From NCBI GenBank assembly GCA_963707655.1, contig OY970172.1, forward strand, positions 544,001-608,000: 64,000 nt of DNA, in the 5' to 3' direction. Position 1 is the stretch's first letter; every line of letters starts with the position of its first letter. A program made the position numbers and the translations under genes. This document shows, piece by piece, positions 1 through 9,350 of the stretch. Source of the DNA: an uncultured bacterium. Its GTDB lineage: Bacteria; Babelota; Babeliae; Babelales; Vermiphilaceae. The notes under the pieces were generated by a model that was not told the DNA's origin, ran no database searches, and saw only the letters and a program-made list of their open reading frames with translations.

Positions 1-410
1 TCTTGTAGATTTTTCATAAACTCTTCGAAAAGCAAATTCTTTGCATCCGAATGTTTCATGAACATCTTTGTGTGATAAGCCAATTCCAAGTCGCTTCGCT
101 CACGGGCTAATTCTTTACTAACTTGAGATTGAAGTTCCATTTTTTTCTCTTCATTATTTTTAATGTTAGCGGCAGCAACTTTTGCATTAATATATGCAAG
201 AGAAAGATCATTAATTTTCTTTTCGATCAATGCAATCAGTGCCTCTTGTTCAGTTATTTTATTACCGAGATCAGTAAGTTGCTCCAATTTTATTACTAAT
301 GTTTTAGTCAATTCTAATCTTTTAGTTGATTCTTCAATACGATCGGCGCTTTCATTTGCCGACACAGAGCTAGCACATAAAAGAACGATTAGAACCATTT
401 TAAGATTCAT
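1..410 (-). CDS. Exported coiled-coil hypothetical protein, truncated by window edge
   Basis: Not in ORF track. ATG at 410 with AGGT upstream reads MNLKMVLIVLLCASSVSANESADRIEESTKRLEL... and stays open to position 1. Signal-peptide-like start, then heptad-rich E/K/L sequence. Confidence 0.75.
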   Translation of the reverse strand, partial: MNLKMVLIVLLCASSVSANESADRIEESTKRLELTKTLVIKLEQLTDLGNKITEQEALIALIEKKINDLSLAYINAKVAAANIKNNEEKKMELQSQVSKELARERSDLELAYHTKMFMKHSDAKNLLFEEFMKNLQ

Positions 411-802
411 ATATATACCTCAAAAAATTATTTGTTGATTTAAAAAGAGTATGGATAAAAAACAAATCTATCGCATACGAAAAATTACTCGCATGTCGCA
501 ATGAAAATGAGAGTAATAAATAATAAAATTTATGTTATGAAAGAATGTTCATAGAAAGCCCCTTTATGGATATTACTAAGTTGGATTAATACACTGCTTG
601 CTTTCATCCACCGGCTCAATTTTTTGACGATTTATTGTAACACAAGAAAGAATAACGTGAAACAATAACAAATAACATTGAATAAGAAAAAATTAACAGC
701 CCACAATCCCACAATTAATGTCAAAATGAGTTTATTAATTGCAATTTTTGCACTTCTTGTTAGTATGAATATATGATTATTCAACATTTTTGAAGGGAAA
801 AT

Positions 803-1267
803 ATGTTCAAAAAAATAACACTGTTCATACTACTAACAAGCAGCATTTCATCAGTTGTGCATGCTATGGATGATTCTGTAAAACAAAAGGGCACAAACTG
901 GATAAGCAAAGAGCTCCGTTATACCCAACACGCTCTAGAGAGAATGGAACAGCGTAAAATAACCGCGAAACAAATTAAACGTGTTTTACGAAACGGCAAA
1001 AGAAGCTGGGAAGATGACGGTTCTCGAAGGTTTACCGAAAGAAAAAATAAATTAAATCCTTTGATTGTTATTGCAAATACAAAAGTAATACCCAACATCG
1101 TAATAACGGCCTTCAAAAACGATCTTACTGTTACAAAAGGGATGGCTGTATACAATTCTTTAGTCGATCAAGAATATCGCCAAAAACAAAAAGCCGGAAA
1201 GAATAAAGATCTCATGCGCCAACACACTGCTAAAACCAAATCGCTCGGCAATTTCAAAAAAAGATAA
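803..1267 (+). CDS. Exported DUF4258-like protein
   Basis: Signal peptide MFKKITLFILL...VHA-MDD; motif RYTQHALERMEQRKITAKQIKRVLRNG...PNIVITAF typical of DUF4258; SD GAAGGG. Confidence 0.7.
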   Translation: MFKKITLFILLTSSISSVVHAMDDSVKQKGTNWISKELRYTQHALERMEQRKITAKQIKRVLRNGKRSWEDDGSRRFTERKNKLNPLIVIANTKVIPNIVITAFKNDLTVTKGMAVYNSLVDQEYRQKQKAGKNKDLMRQHTAKTKSLGNFKKR

Positions 1268-1299
1268 ATCAATTTAAAAGATATCACTTCTATGTAATT

Positions 1300-1324
1300 A
1301 AAGGCTCCACACGGAGCCTTTTTT
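1300..1324. terminator. Intrinsic terminator between convergent genes
   Basis: AAAGGCTCC-ACAC-GGAGCCTTT followed by a T-run. Confidence 0.8.
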
Positions 1325-1336
1325 CTTTCTTGGTAA

Positions 1337-1444
1337 TTACTGTTTTGGTGAAAGTACTGCGAGCATCATTATGATGAACCCAATAATAAGACATGGTACC
1401 ACCACCATACAAAAACAGATCAAACTCGTATAAAAATTTGCCAT
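1337..1444 (-). CDS. Small single-pass membrane protein (35 aa)
   Basis: Manual translation MANFYTSLICFCMVVVPCLIIGFIIMMLAVLSPKQ*; AGGAG SD upstream; ends just before the terminator. Confidence 0.55.
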   Translation of the reverse strand: MANFYTSLICFCMVVVPCLIIGFIIMMLAVLSPKQ

Positions 1445-1596
1445 AGTGTTTGCTCCTTACTCTCTTCTTTTGTATATATGCTTCATTTGAGGTTGATTAT
1501 AGGCATAGCCATGGGCACGATGTCAACAACAAAAATTATTGTTGCATAATAATTATCGGCGCAGGCTATTCTTGTATACGTAAACAAGGAGAAATC

Positions 1597-2250
1597 ATGA
1601 ATTTTTTTAAGCGTATTTGGTCGATTATTATTTTATTTTTTCAATTAACAAAAGTTGCGTGGCAAATTATTTTTGGCGCATGGAGACTTGAGAAAGTGCC
1701 ACAACCAATTGTTACTATTTTTGGCGGGGCACATCTTGAAAGTAAAAATCCCTATCTGCTTTTAGCGCAACGCGTTGCCTCTCGTTTAATTGAGCTGAAT
1801 ATATCTGTCATTACCGGTGGCGGTTCCGGTGTGATGTGGGCAGCAAGCTGCATTATTCCTCCCGATGGCAACAAAGCTACTATTCTTGGCATTGGCGTGC
1901 GCGGGCTCAAAGAAGAGCGCAATGAGTGCGTGAAAGAGTTTTGGGTTCTTGATTATCTTTTTGCGCGCAAATGGCTCATGGTGCATTATGCGTCAGGATT
2001 TATCGCATTTCCCGGCGGCTTTGGCACCCTTGATGAAATTACCGAGATATTTACTTTAATATACGCTAAAGAAATTCCACGCGTTCCCATTGTTTTGGTT
2101 GGCGTGGAATATTGGAAAGATTTTATGATCTGGGCCAGAGGTGACGCAGTGCGTGCAAAGCTCATTGAGCCGGAGCAACTTGATCTTTTTATAGTGACCG
2201 ATGATATTGATACTATCGTTTCTCACATCACTACATTTTACGGCCGATAA
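1597..2250 (+). CDS. LOG family nucleotide phosphoribohydrolase (TIGR00730-like)
   Basis: VTIFGGA, ITGGGSGVM, RKWLM and PGGFGTLDE motifs; start placed at ATG after AGGAGA. Confidence 0.9.
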   Translation: MNFFKRIWSIIILFFQLTKVAWQIIFGAWRLEKVPQPIVTIFGGAHLESKNPYLLLAQRVASRLIELNISVITGGGSGVMWAASCIIPPDGNKATILGIGVRGLKEERNECVKEFWVLDYLFARKWLMVHYASGFIAFPGGFGTLDEITEIFTLIYAKEIPRVPIVLVGVEYWKDFMIWARGDAVRAKLIEPEQLDLFIVTDDIDTIVSHITTFYGR

Positions 2251-3571
2251 GATAGCCAATGGCAGATAGGCACAGCGCAACGATCTCTTTTGGTACATAC
2301 ACCGGATACGTTTTTCCTAAAACAAACCCTACCAATCCACCAATCATTGCCCCCCATGCAGCATTTTTATTCAGATCTTGATAAAAATAACTTATCAAAA
2401 GCGGTATCAACAAGCAGCTGACAGAGATCTCATAGCTGCCAATAATAATGCCAATAATATTTTGTGGCACAAAATAAGAACTCACCAGAGCACCGGTACC
2501 AATCACGAGGGTGATCATTTTTGATATGGTTAATTTGTTGGTAAAGCCCAACGCTGAAAAATCAAAGTCTTGCGCAACATTTGAGCTGATGGCACACAGG
2601 AGTGAATCGGCCGTTGAGCATATCGCAGCAATAATACCGCATAAGGCAAATGCCACGACCACCTCATTGGTAAGATATTTTATAAAAGGAATCAAAGGAC
2701 TTGCATCTGGATTGACCACAATGCCCAAAATACGTGCTTGAATACCAAAATAAATAGGTATGAGTGCAAAGCACAACATAAAAATACTGGCGCCAAATGC
2801 AGATAACGCGGCAATGCGACCGGAACGTGCTGCAAAAAAGCGTTGGGCCAGATCTTGCTCAATTAAAGAAAAAAGAGCAGGCATGATTAAAATGCCAAAC
2901 ATACTTTTAAAGCCCAGAGAAGGCACGGCAACTGAAGGACCCGGAGTAAACAGATTGAATAGGGAAGCAGGATCTTGCCAGAGTGCATAGGCAAAAATGA
3001 GGACAAACACCATCATAATATAAAAAACCTGATAACGGTCAGTTTCTGCTACCGCATATAATCCACCCAAAGCAGCTCCGCCAATAACAAAGAGCCAGAA
3101 AAGAGCAAAAACATATTCGTTTGAAAAGCCCAAGCCGGCAATAATAGTGCGCGAGGCAACAATTTGGCCCACAAAAAGACCGCACAGGGTAACGATAGAA
3201 AGAAATGATGCTATTTTTTTGAGCGTCACAGAGTTATAGCGGGTCTCAAAGAGCTGGGCAGTGGTCTCTACACCAAGTGAGCGCAGACGCGAAGCCAATC
3301 CGCAACCCAGTATTACAAAGCCAATACTCATGCCCAGGGTATACAATATACCCCAAATACCTATCTGGTATGCCTCTTGACTGGTGCCCAAAAGCATGCC
3401 CCCCCCAAGCTGGGTTGCTATCAGGGTAAAAGTAACGGCGGTGAGGGATAAAGAGCGGCCGGCAAGGAAGTAATCGGTTGATGTTTGCACTTTTCTTGAG
3501 GCCAAAATGCCCAGAATAAAATAAATAACAGTAAAAACAACCAAAATAGAGATAAAAAGAAGAGAATTCAT
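2231..3571 (-). CDS. Sodium:solute symporter family transporter
   Basis: DYFLAGRSL, QRFFAARS, AAICSTADSLL motifs; many transmembrane segments. Confidence 0.92.
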   Translation of the reverse strand: MNSLLFISILVVFTVIYFILGILASRKVQTSTDYFLAGRSLSLTAVTFTLIATQLGGGMLLGTSQEAYQIGIWGILYTLGMSIGFVILGCGLASRLRSLGVETTAQLFETRYNSVTLKKIASFLSIVTLCGLFVGQIVASRTIIAGLGFSNEYVFALFWLFVIGGAALGGLYAVAETDRYQVFYIMMVFVLIFAYALWQDPASLFNLFTPGPSVAVPSLGFKSMFGILIMPALFSLIEQDLAQRFFAARSGRIAALSAFGASIFMLCFALIPIYFGIQARILGIVVNPDASPLIPFIKYLTNEVVVAFALCGIIAAICSTADSLLCAISSNVAQDFDFSALGFTNKLTISKMITLVIGTGALVSSYFVPQNIIGIIIGSYEISVSCLLIPLLISYFYQDLNKNAAWGAMIGGLVGFVLGKTYPVYVPKEIVALCLSAIGYLIGRKM

Positions 3572-3828
3572 GCTATTCCTGACGTATAAAAACGGTAACT
3601 ATCATTATGACAAAAGTAGGGGAAGGGTATTATAGGGTACAATGACCATGATGGGCATGATGAAAGCGTGTGATTATATGGGATAAAATCAGGTCTACGC
3701 AGTGCCAAAAATATAGCATAAAAGCCCTTTTTAAGGTTTCTTAAAGAATCTTAACACCATGATAATATAAAAAACCTGCCATGAAAAGAAAGATTTTAGC
3801 CCATTCTACGACAAAGATTGTGCTTAAA

Positions 3829-3857
3829 TTGACCTAAAAAGCTTTTTAGGCTAGTAT
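3829..3857 (+). promoter_or_regulatory. Sigma70-type promoter of the RRM gene, with a palindrome in the spacer
   Basis: TTGACC-17 nt-TAGTAT; perfect palindrome CCTAAAAAGCTTTTTAGG at 3833-3850. Confidence 0.55.
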
Positions 3858-3981
3858 TGTAATATGTTTGTTGTTTATACATTTCTTTTTTTAAGGGCCG
3901 TATCGAAATAAAAATTTAAATAAGCGGATGTACCGCTCGTTGTTGTCTAATAAACCTATTTTAATTTTAAAGTGATTTTTT

Positions 3982-4350
3982 ATGAATATTTACGTTGGAA
4001 GACTGAATCCCTCAGCTACAGAAGAAACCTTAAGAGAAATGTTTGAAGTATACGGCCAAGTAACCTCAATCAAATTGATTAAAGACAAATTTACCGGCAA
4101 CCCTCGTGGCTTTGGCTTTGTTGAAATGCCAAATGCTGACGAAGCACAAAACGCAATTGCTGAACTAAACGGCAAAGAAATGGGCGGCAGCCGCATTATC
4201 GTTAACGAAGCTCGTCCTCAAGAAGCTCGTGAAAATCGCGCTCCTCGCACAGGTGGCTTTGGTGGCAACCGTAGTGGCAGTGGCTTCGGTGGAAACCGTA
4301 GCGGCAGCGGCTTCGGCGGCGGACCTCGCTCCGGTGGTAACCGTTGGTAA
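3982..4350 (+). CDS. RRM (RNP-1) RNA-binding protein with Gly-rich tail
   Basis: RNP2 IYVGRL, RNP1 RGFGFVEM, GFGGNRSGS repeats. Confidence 0.95.
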   Translation: MNIYVGRLNPSATEETLREMFEVYGQVTSIKLIKDKFTGNPRGFGFVEMPNADEAQNAIAELNGKEMGGSRIIVNEARPQEARENRAPRTGGFGGNRSGSGFGGNRSGSGFGGGPRSGGNRW

Positions 4351-4372
4351 GCTAAATCAGCTGAAAACTAAG

Positions 4373-4406
4373 AAAAGCCCTAGGAATTTATTCCTGGGGC
4401 TTTTTT
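4373..4406. terminator. Intrinsic terminator (bidirectional)
   Basis: AAAAGCCCTAGGAA-TTTA-TTCCTGGGGCTTTTTT. Confidence 0.75.
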
Positions 4407-4735
4407 ATTTGATTCGTATGGGAAAAATTGCTTTGCTCATGCTGATTCGTCTGCTGCTGGTTGTTGGATTGTCCCTGATGTTCCTGAGCGCTTCTTGGCT
4501 GTTGCTGATGCTGCTCTTTCATTGACTCTTCTTTGAGTCTGGCAAGAATAGCTTTATTTTTTGGATCTAAAAGCCATTGCTCGTCTCGAGAAACCTCTTG
4601 CACCGGCTCCAGAATTATTCTGCCATCTTTTTCATAGACTTTATAAAGATGGGACGCACCCTGCGCCAACTTTTTTGGAATAGTAATACGATTGCGGGAA
4701 TCAACTTTAACGTACATTGTTTCTTCTTTTTTCAT
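4388..4735 (-). CDS. AbrB/MazE/SpoVT-like DNA-binding protein with Gln-rich tail
   Basis: VKVDSRNRITIPKKL...DGRIILEP swapped-hairpin signature. Confidence 0.75.
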   Translation of the reverse strand: MKKEETMYVKVDSRNRITIPKKLAQGASHLYKVYEKDGRIILEPVQEVSRDEQWLLDPKNKAILARLKEESMKEQHQQQPRSAQEHQGQSNNQQQTNQHEQSNFSHTNQIKKPQE

Positions 4736-4820
4736 ACAACACCTCTTTTTTTCTATTAGTATATCTTAAGTGGGTAAGAAAAAATAAGAAAACACGGCAA
4801 TGCATGAAAAAAGATTGTAT

Positions 4821-5504
4821 TTACGCCGTTTTTTGCGCATCGATCCGGATGAGATCAATGAGAGGAATCTCATGATACCCACTAATTTTCAGATGGGCTT
4901 CTTTGACATGGTCCGGGTTGCGCGAGGTATTGATTCCTATGCAAAACATCCCCGCCGCCTTGGCGGCCGCTATGCCATGGGCAGAATCCTCTATGGCTAT
5001 ACAATGGGCCGGATCTATTTCAAGCTGTTTTGCCGCATGCAGATAAATTGCGGGATTAGGCTTTGCAACGTTGTTCACATGAGAGATGTTATACATGTGG
5101 CTGCCAAAAAAATTATCCAGCTTAAGCAGCTGGTTGGTGATGGTCAAAGTGGCATCGTTGGCGTTAGTTGCAATACTCACTTTCAAGTCAAGGGCAAGTA
5201 CCTGTTTATGGAACTCAACAAATCCTTCGATAAACTGTATGCCATTCGCATACAAATCACAGGCAAGACGTGTTTTTTCATGCATGAGCTCTTCAACCGA
5301 TTCGCTCAGATTAGCCATTTCTTTAATGATTTTGCAGCTTTGAGGCAATGCCATTCCGTTAAGCCTTGCTTGGAGCTCGGTCACCATTTCACTAGTCAGG
5401 TGGATACCGCGATTACTGATCAGTTTTTGCGTGCTGGAATTCCAAATATGTTCAGTATCGACAATCGTACCGTCCATATCAAAAATTATTGCTTTATATT
5501 TCAT
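4821..5504 (-). CDS. HAD-superfamily phosphatase (beta-PGM-like)
   Basis: IIFDMDGTIVD, KPNP, IEDS..GI.AAKAAGM motifs. Confidence 0.93.
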   Translation of the reverse strand: MKYKAIIFDMDGTIVDTEHIWNSSTQKLISNRGIHLTSEMVTELQARLNGMALPQSCKIIKEMANLSESVEELMHEKTRLACDLYANGIQFIEGFVEFHKQVLALDLKVSIATNANDATLTITNQLLKLDNFFGSHMYNISHVNNVAKPNPAIYLHAAKQLEIDPAHCIAIEDSAHGIAAAKAAGMFCIGINTSRNPDHVKEAHLKISGYHEIPLIDLIRIDAQKTA

Positions 5505-5605
5505 CTTTCTTCTCCTCTGGTAGACTAAGTAAGATGTTGCCTTTTGGTAAATCCATAGTATTGTAGTCTTCTATAAAGATTATTAAATTGTTATAAGGTT
5601 ATTAT

Positions 5606-6274
5606 ATGCTTAACAAGTTTCTCAACATTCGTAACTGCTCTTTTACCGTCCTCTTTACCAGCTTAATTAAATTTTCTTCTCTTTTTAAAGTAAGTTTTGT
5701 TGTTGGCTCTGCAGCAGCCTTTTTTTCAGCTACTCCTCTGCTCCAACCTCTTGCGGGTGTGTGGGGCGGTATACTTGGTAGTGGTATGGTGTTCTGTGCA
5801 AGCGCAGCTTTGCGCATGTTTATAGGTGGGTGGTCTCCATTCATACTTCTAGCATACCATGTTCCCGGCCTTTTTGCATCTCTTGCCTTGGCCTCGCGCC
5901 ATTGGGCCCTGCATCTTGTAGTGCCATCGCTGTGTATGCTCTTGTTTATTGCGCACCCGGTTGGCATGGGCGCATTTCCCTATGCTTTTTATTGGTTCAT
6001 TCCCATGATTCTCTATACCGTTCGCAAAGAAATCTTTTTCTTGCACGCTCTTTCAAGCACTTTTATTGCCCATGGTGTTGGCTCCGTGGTCTGGATTTGG
6101 GCACGGCCAATGACATCTGGCGCGTGGCTCGCGCTTATTCCTGTTGTTTTTGTTGAGCGGTTTATTTTTGCTCTTGGTATGACATTAATCTATGTAATGG
6201 TCACCTCCGTTCAGCGATATGCACAAAAAACAATAGCTCAAGGGAGCACCTCTCCCTTGAAAACAATGGAATAA
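5606..6274 (+). CDS. Integral membrane protein, possibly ECF S-component-like
   Basis: 222 aa with about 6-7 hydrophobic segments; family assignment is inference. Confidence 0.6.
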   Translation: MLNKFLNIRNCSFTVLFTSLIKFSSLFKVSFVVGSAAAFFSATPLLQPLAGVWGGILGSGMVFCASAALRMFIGGWSPFILLAYHVPGLFASLALASRHWALHLVVPSLCMLLFIAHPVGMGAFPYAFYWFIPMILYTVRKEIFFLHALSSTFIAHGVGSVVWIWARPMTSGAWLALIPVVFVERFIFALGMTLIYVMVTSVQRYAQKTIAQGSTSPLKTME

Positions 6275-6278
6275 GGTT

Positions 6279-6967
6279 ATGATAAACCATCTTGCCTGTA
6301 TTATGGATGGCAATCGCCGATGGGCACAAAAAAAGGTATGATGCCCTGGTACGGTCATGGTCAGGGAGCTGAATCGGTAAGAACCGTGATTCAGTTTTGT
6401 ATAGAAAATTCTATATCATATCTTTCTTTATACGCCTTTTCACTAGAAAATTTTAATCGCTCGGCATTGGAAAAAGAATATATCTTTTCTTATCTCATTA
6501 ACGAGGCAAGCAAGCAGCTTCCTGATTTTATTGCTCACGGCGTGCGGATACGCTTTGTAGGTGACCGCTCATTGTTTCCTGCACATGTGTTACCGGTATG
6601 CGAATCAATTGAACAGGCAACAGCATTGGGAGAAAAATTAACCGTACATGTTCTATTTTGCTATGGCGCGCGGCAAGAATTACTTGCTGCAACCAAAGAA
6701 ATTGCGCAGCGTGTTGCAGATGGACACATTAAAGCTGAAGATATCTCAGAGAACATGCTCAAAGAGCATTTATGGACCGGCGCTATTCCCGAGCCTGATT
6801 TAATTATACGCACCGGTGGCTTTAAGCGTTTGAGTAATTTTTTACTCTATCAGTCTGCCTATAGTGAATTATATTTTACCGATTGCTTATGGCCCGAGAT
6901 CACTGCCCAGCATTTGCATGATGCAATGGATAGCTATCACAACTATACAAGAAATTTTGGCGTATGA
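6279..6967 (+). CDS. uppS: Undecaprenyl diphosphate synthase, one frameshift at the A7 run 6328-6334
   Basis: MINHLACIMDGNRRWAQK from ATG 6279 joins, in the -1 frame, sequence with YAFSLENFNR, PDLIIRTGG, RLSNFLLYQ, YSELYF, RNFG. Confidence 0.9.
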
Positions 6968-7941
6968 GCACAGCTGTTGCGTTACTCGGCGACGGTGCAT
7001 GGGGAACTGCCGTGGCTACCCTGCTGGCGCATAATGGCTATGAAGTCAGATTGTGGTGCAATACGCTGAGCGTAGCGCAAGCAATTAAACAAACAAGAAT
7101 CAACCAACGCTATCTGCCTGATACCCTACTCTCCCCTTTAATCAAACCAACTGCCGATTTAGGTGCAGCACTCGACGATGTAGAATGGATATTTGAAGCC
7201 GTTCCCGTGCGCCATATGCGCGCTGTTATTACCCAAGCAAAGCCGTTTATTCATAAAGATCAACGCTGGGTGATATTGAGTAAAGGTATGGAGCAAAATA
7301 GTCTTATGCTACCAAGTCAGATTATTGATGATGTACTTGGCTATACCAGCACAACGGCGATTCTTGCCGGGCCAACTTTTGCACAAGAATTGGCAGCAGA
7401 AAAAATTTCAGCTGTCGATATAGCGGCACCAACAGCCAAATGCGGCAATGAATTGCAAACTTTGGTTAATAACAGTTATTTCAATTCATACGTTTCATCA
7501 GACATGATTGGTGTTCAAATCTGCAGCGCTTTGAAAAATGTGATAGCGCTCGCGTTGGGCATGCTCGATGGTGCCGGTTATGCGCAAAACACCAAAGCCT
7601 TTATGCTTACGCGTGGATTGCACGATATGGCTACCTTGTCTGTTGCCTTGGGCGGCACAAGCGAAACAGTCTACGGCTTGTGCGGTGTTGGGGATCTTGT
7701 CCTGACCGCAACAAGCGCCGTGAGCAAAAATATGCGTCTTGGTCAGCAACTGGGTCGGGGCGAAAAACTTGATGCTTTAGAAGCGGAATTAGGTGTGCTT
7801 CCTGAGGGAATCAACACGGTTCAATCGGTGCATCAATTAATGCAAAGGCATAATATAGATTTGCCGGTGTGCCAAGGCATGTATCAAGTGCTATTTCAAA
7901 ACATGCCAGTGGCAAAGTTTGTATCGTGTTTAATTGAATAA
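6964..7941 (+). CDS. gpsA: NAD(P)H-dependent glycerol-3-phosphate dehydrogenase
   Basis: GDGAWGTA, SKG, GPTFAQE, ALKNVIA, GVGDLVLT, PEGINT motifs. Confidence 0.95.
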   Translation: MSTAVALLGDGAWGTAVATLLAHNGYEVRLWCNTLSVAQAIKQTRINQRYLPDTLLSPLIKPTADLGAALDDVEWIFEAVPVRHMRAVITQAKPFIHKDQRWVILSKGMEQNSLMLPSQIIDDVLGYTSTTAILAGPTFAQELAAEKISAVDIAAPTAKCGNELQTLVNNSYFNSYVSSDMIGVQICSALKNVIALALGMLDGAGYAQNTKAFMLTRGLHDMATLSVALGGTSETVYGLCGVGDLVLTATSAVSKNMRLGQQLGRGEKLDALEAELGVLPEGINTVQSVHQLMQRHNIDLPVCQGMYQVLFQNMPVAKFVSCLIE

Positions 7942-9300
7942 AAGTCGTCTTGCAGCCGCATAAGATGACTCTGCGTTTGTAGGAATTGCTTCTTCATCGT
8001 CACTATCATCACCTTCTTTTAATAGACTTAATTGCCGCCCGCTTTCTTCATTATACAGGGAGTCATTTAATAAGTACCGAGCCCTAGAAGCAAAAGGACT
8101 ATTTCCTAATAATGGGTGTGCTGCCGTAGTCAAATATTTTATGCTATCCTCGCTTGTCAAAGAATGGTGACTGGCTAACATAAGACCTGCGAAAGATGCT
8201 TTTTTAGGACTTTTATTTGAAGTGTGCACATGTTTTAGTGATTTTTCCGTTCTATCTTTTAGCTTTTCAAGTTCTTCCAGGCTAAGTTTATGAAAATCAA
8301 CGGAATTTTCTATGCAAACCAGCAACGTTAAAGCGCGATCTCGTAACAACGTGTTATGCTTTTGCCGAACCAGAACTTCTAAATTGGTAGTTAAACTAGA
8401 TCGCAAGATTCCTTGGTCAACTGCTTGCCGCTGGGCGCCAGGTGATGGCACCAGATCCAACCGATTTAACACTTTACTGTACTCATAAATCGCAAGGACA
8501 CGAGCATAGGGATTGCAACCGTCAATATTAATCGCTTCTTCCAGCCGCTTCATTCCTTTGCGCACATCTGCTGAACATTCTTCGCTCTTGCCCTGAGCGA
8601 TCCACTTGAGTGCATTATGAAGCAGCGCAGTTGATTGTATATAAGGATCAGCGTCATGAATCAAGGCCTCTGCTCCATCTAAAAGCAGTTCTTTCCTCTC
8701 GGGATCAGCCAATCTTAAGATATTGCTAATTCTGCCACTTGGGTCTCTGATTACATCTACATCGGAGCCAAGGCGAACATAAGGGATAGTGTTGTCTTCT
8801 CCAAGCTTTGCAAGATATATATCAATTTCGCCTATTGGCTTGAGTTGATTGAGAGGATTTGTCTTACCGGCACCTTTAACAATTTCAGGAAAATCTTGCC
8901 CATAAAACCAATGCAATATGCTTGTAGAGAAAAAATGTTTGTGCATGTTGTTTTTATCTGGGGTTGCAGTAGTGACCCTGCAAACAAGAAGCGGTAAGCC
9001 GGCAGCAGCTTTTTCTCTCCACAAATCTCTGAATCTTTGTCCGGTTATTGCCTCATTAGCTTCCAATTCCAGAGATCCGCCTTGTCGCTTTGCATTGATG
9101 CCGTTTGCTCCAAGAATAACCTGCTGAGGATTTAGATTATCTATTGCTGGTATAATGCCATCATAATTATCACGGATCGCATAAACTTCTGGCACTGTTA
9201 TATCGGCCTCTTCAACAAAATCCATACCATAGGCGCATGGTTTCGCTGCTGTAAGCATAAAAATGGTGAATAATATTTTTTTTGATGATAGAAATTTCAT
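7930..9300 (-). CDS. Exported hypothetical protein, helical C-terminal half
   Basis: 456-aa ORF; signal peptide ending CAYG-MDF; no recognised family. Confidence 0.75.
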   Translation of the reverse strand: MKFLSSKKILFTIFMLTAAKPCAYGMDFVEEADITVPEVYAIRDNYDGIIPAIDNLNPQQVILGANGINAKRQGGSLELEANEAITGQRFRDLWREKAAAGLPLLVCRVTTATPDKNNMHKHFFSTSILHWFYGQDFPEIVKGAGKTNPLNQLKPIGEIDIYLAKLGEDNTIPYVRLGSDVDVIRDPSGRISNILRLADPERKELLLDGAEALIHDADPYIQSTALLHNALKWIAQGKSEECSADVRKGMKRLEEAINIDGCNPYARVLAIYEYSKVLNRLDLVPSPGAQRQAVDQGILRSSLTTNLEVLVRQKHNTLLRDRALTLLVCIENSVDFHKLSLEELEKLKDRTEKSLKHVHTSNKSPKKASFAGLMLASHHSLTSEDSIKYLTTAAHPLLGNSPFASRARYLLNDSLYNEESGRQLSLLKEGDDSDDEEAIPTNAESSYAAARRLLFN

Positions 9301-9350
9301 GAATATAACTCGAGATTTTTTTGTTTGTTACTTTGTTATCTATAAAGGAC

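Noticed and set aside
163..438. Plus-strand 91-aa ORF
   Set aside because: Antisense to the better-supported minus-strand gene starting at 410.
4800..5528. Plus-strand 242-aa ORF
   Set aside because: Antisense shadow of the HAD phosphatase.
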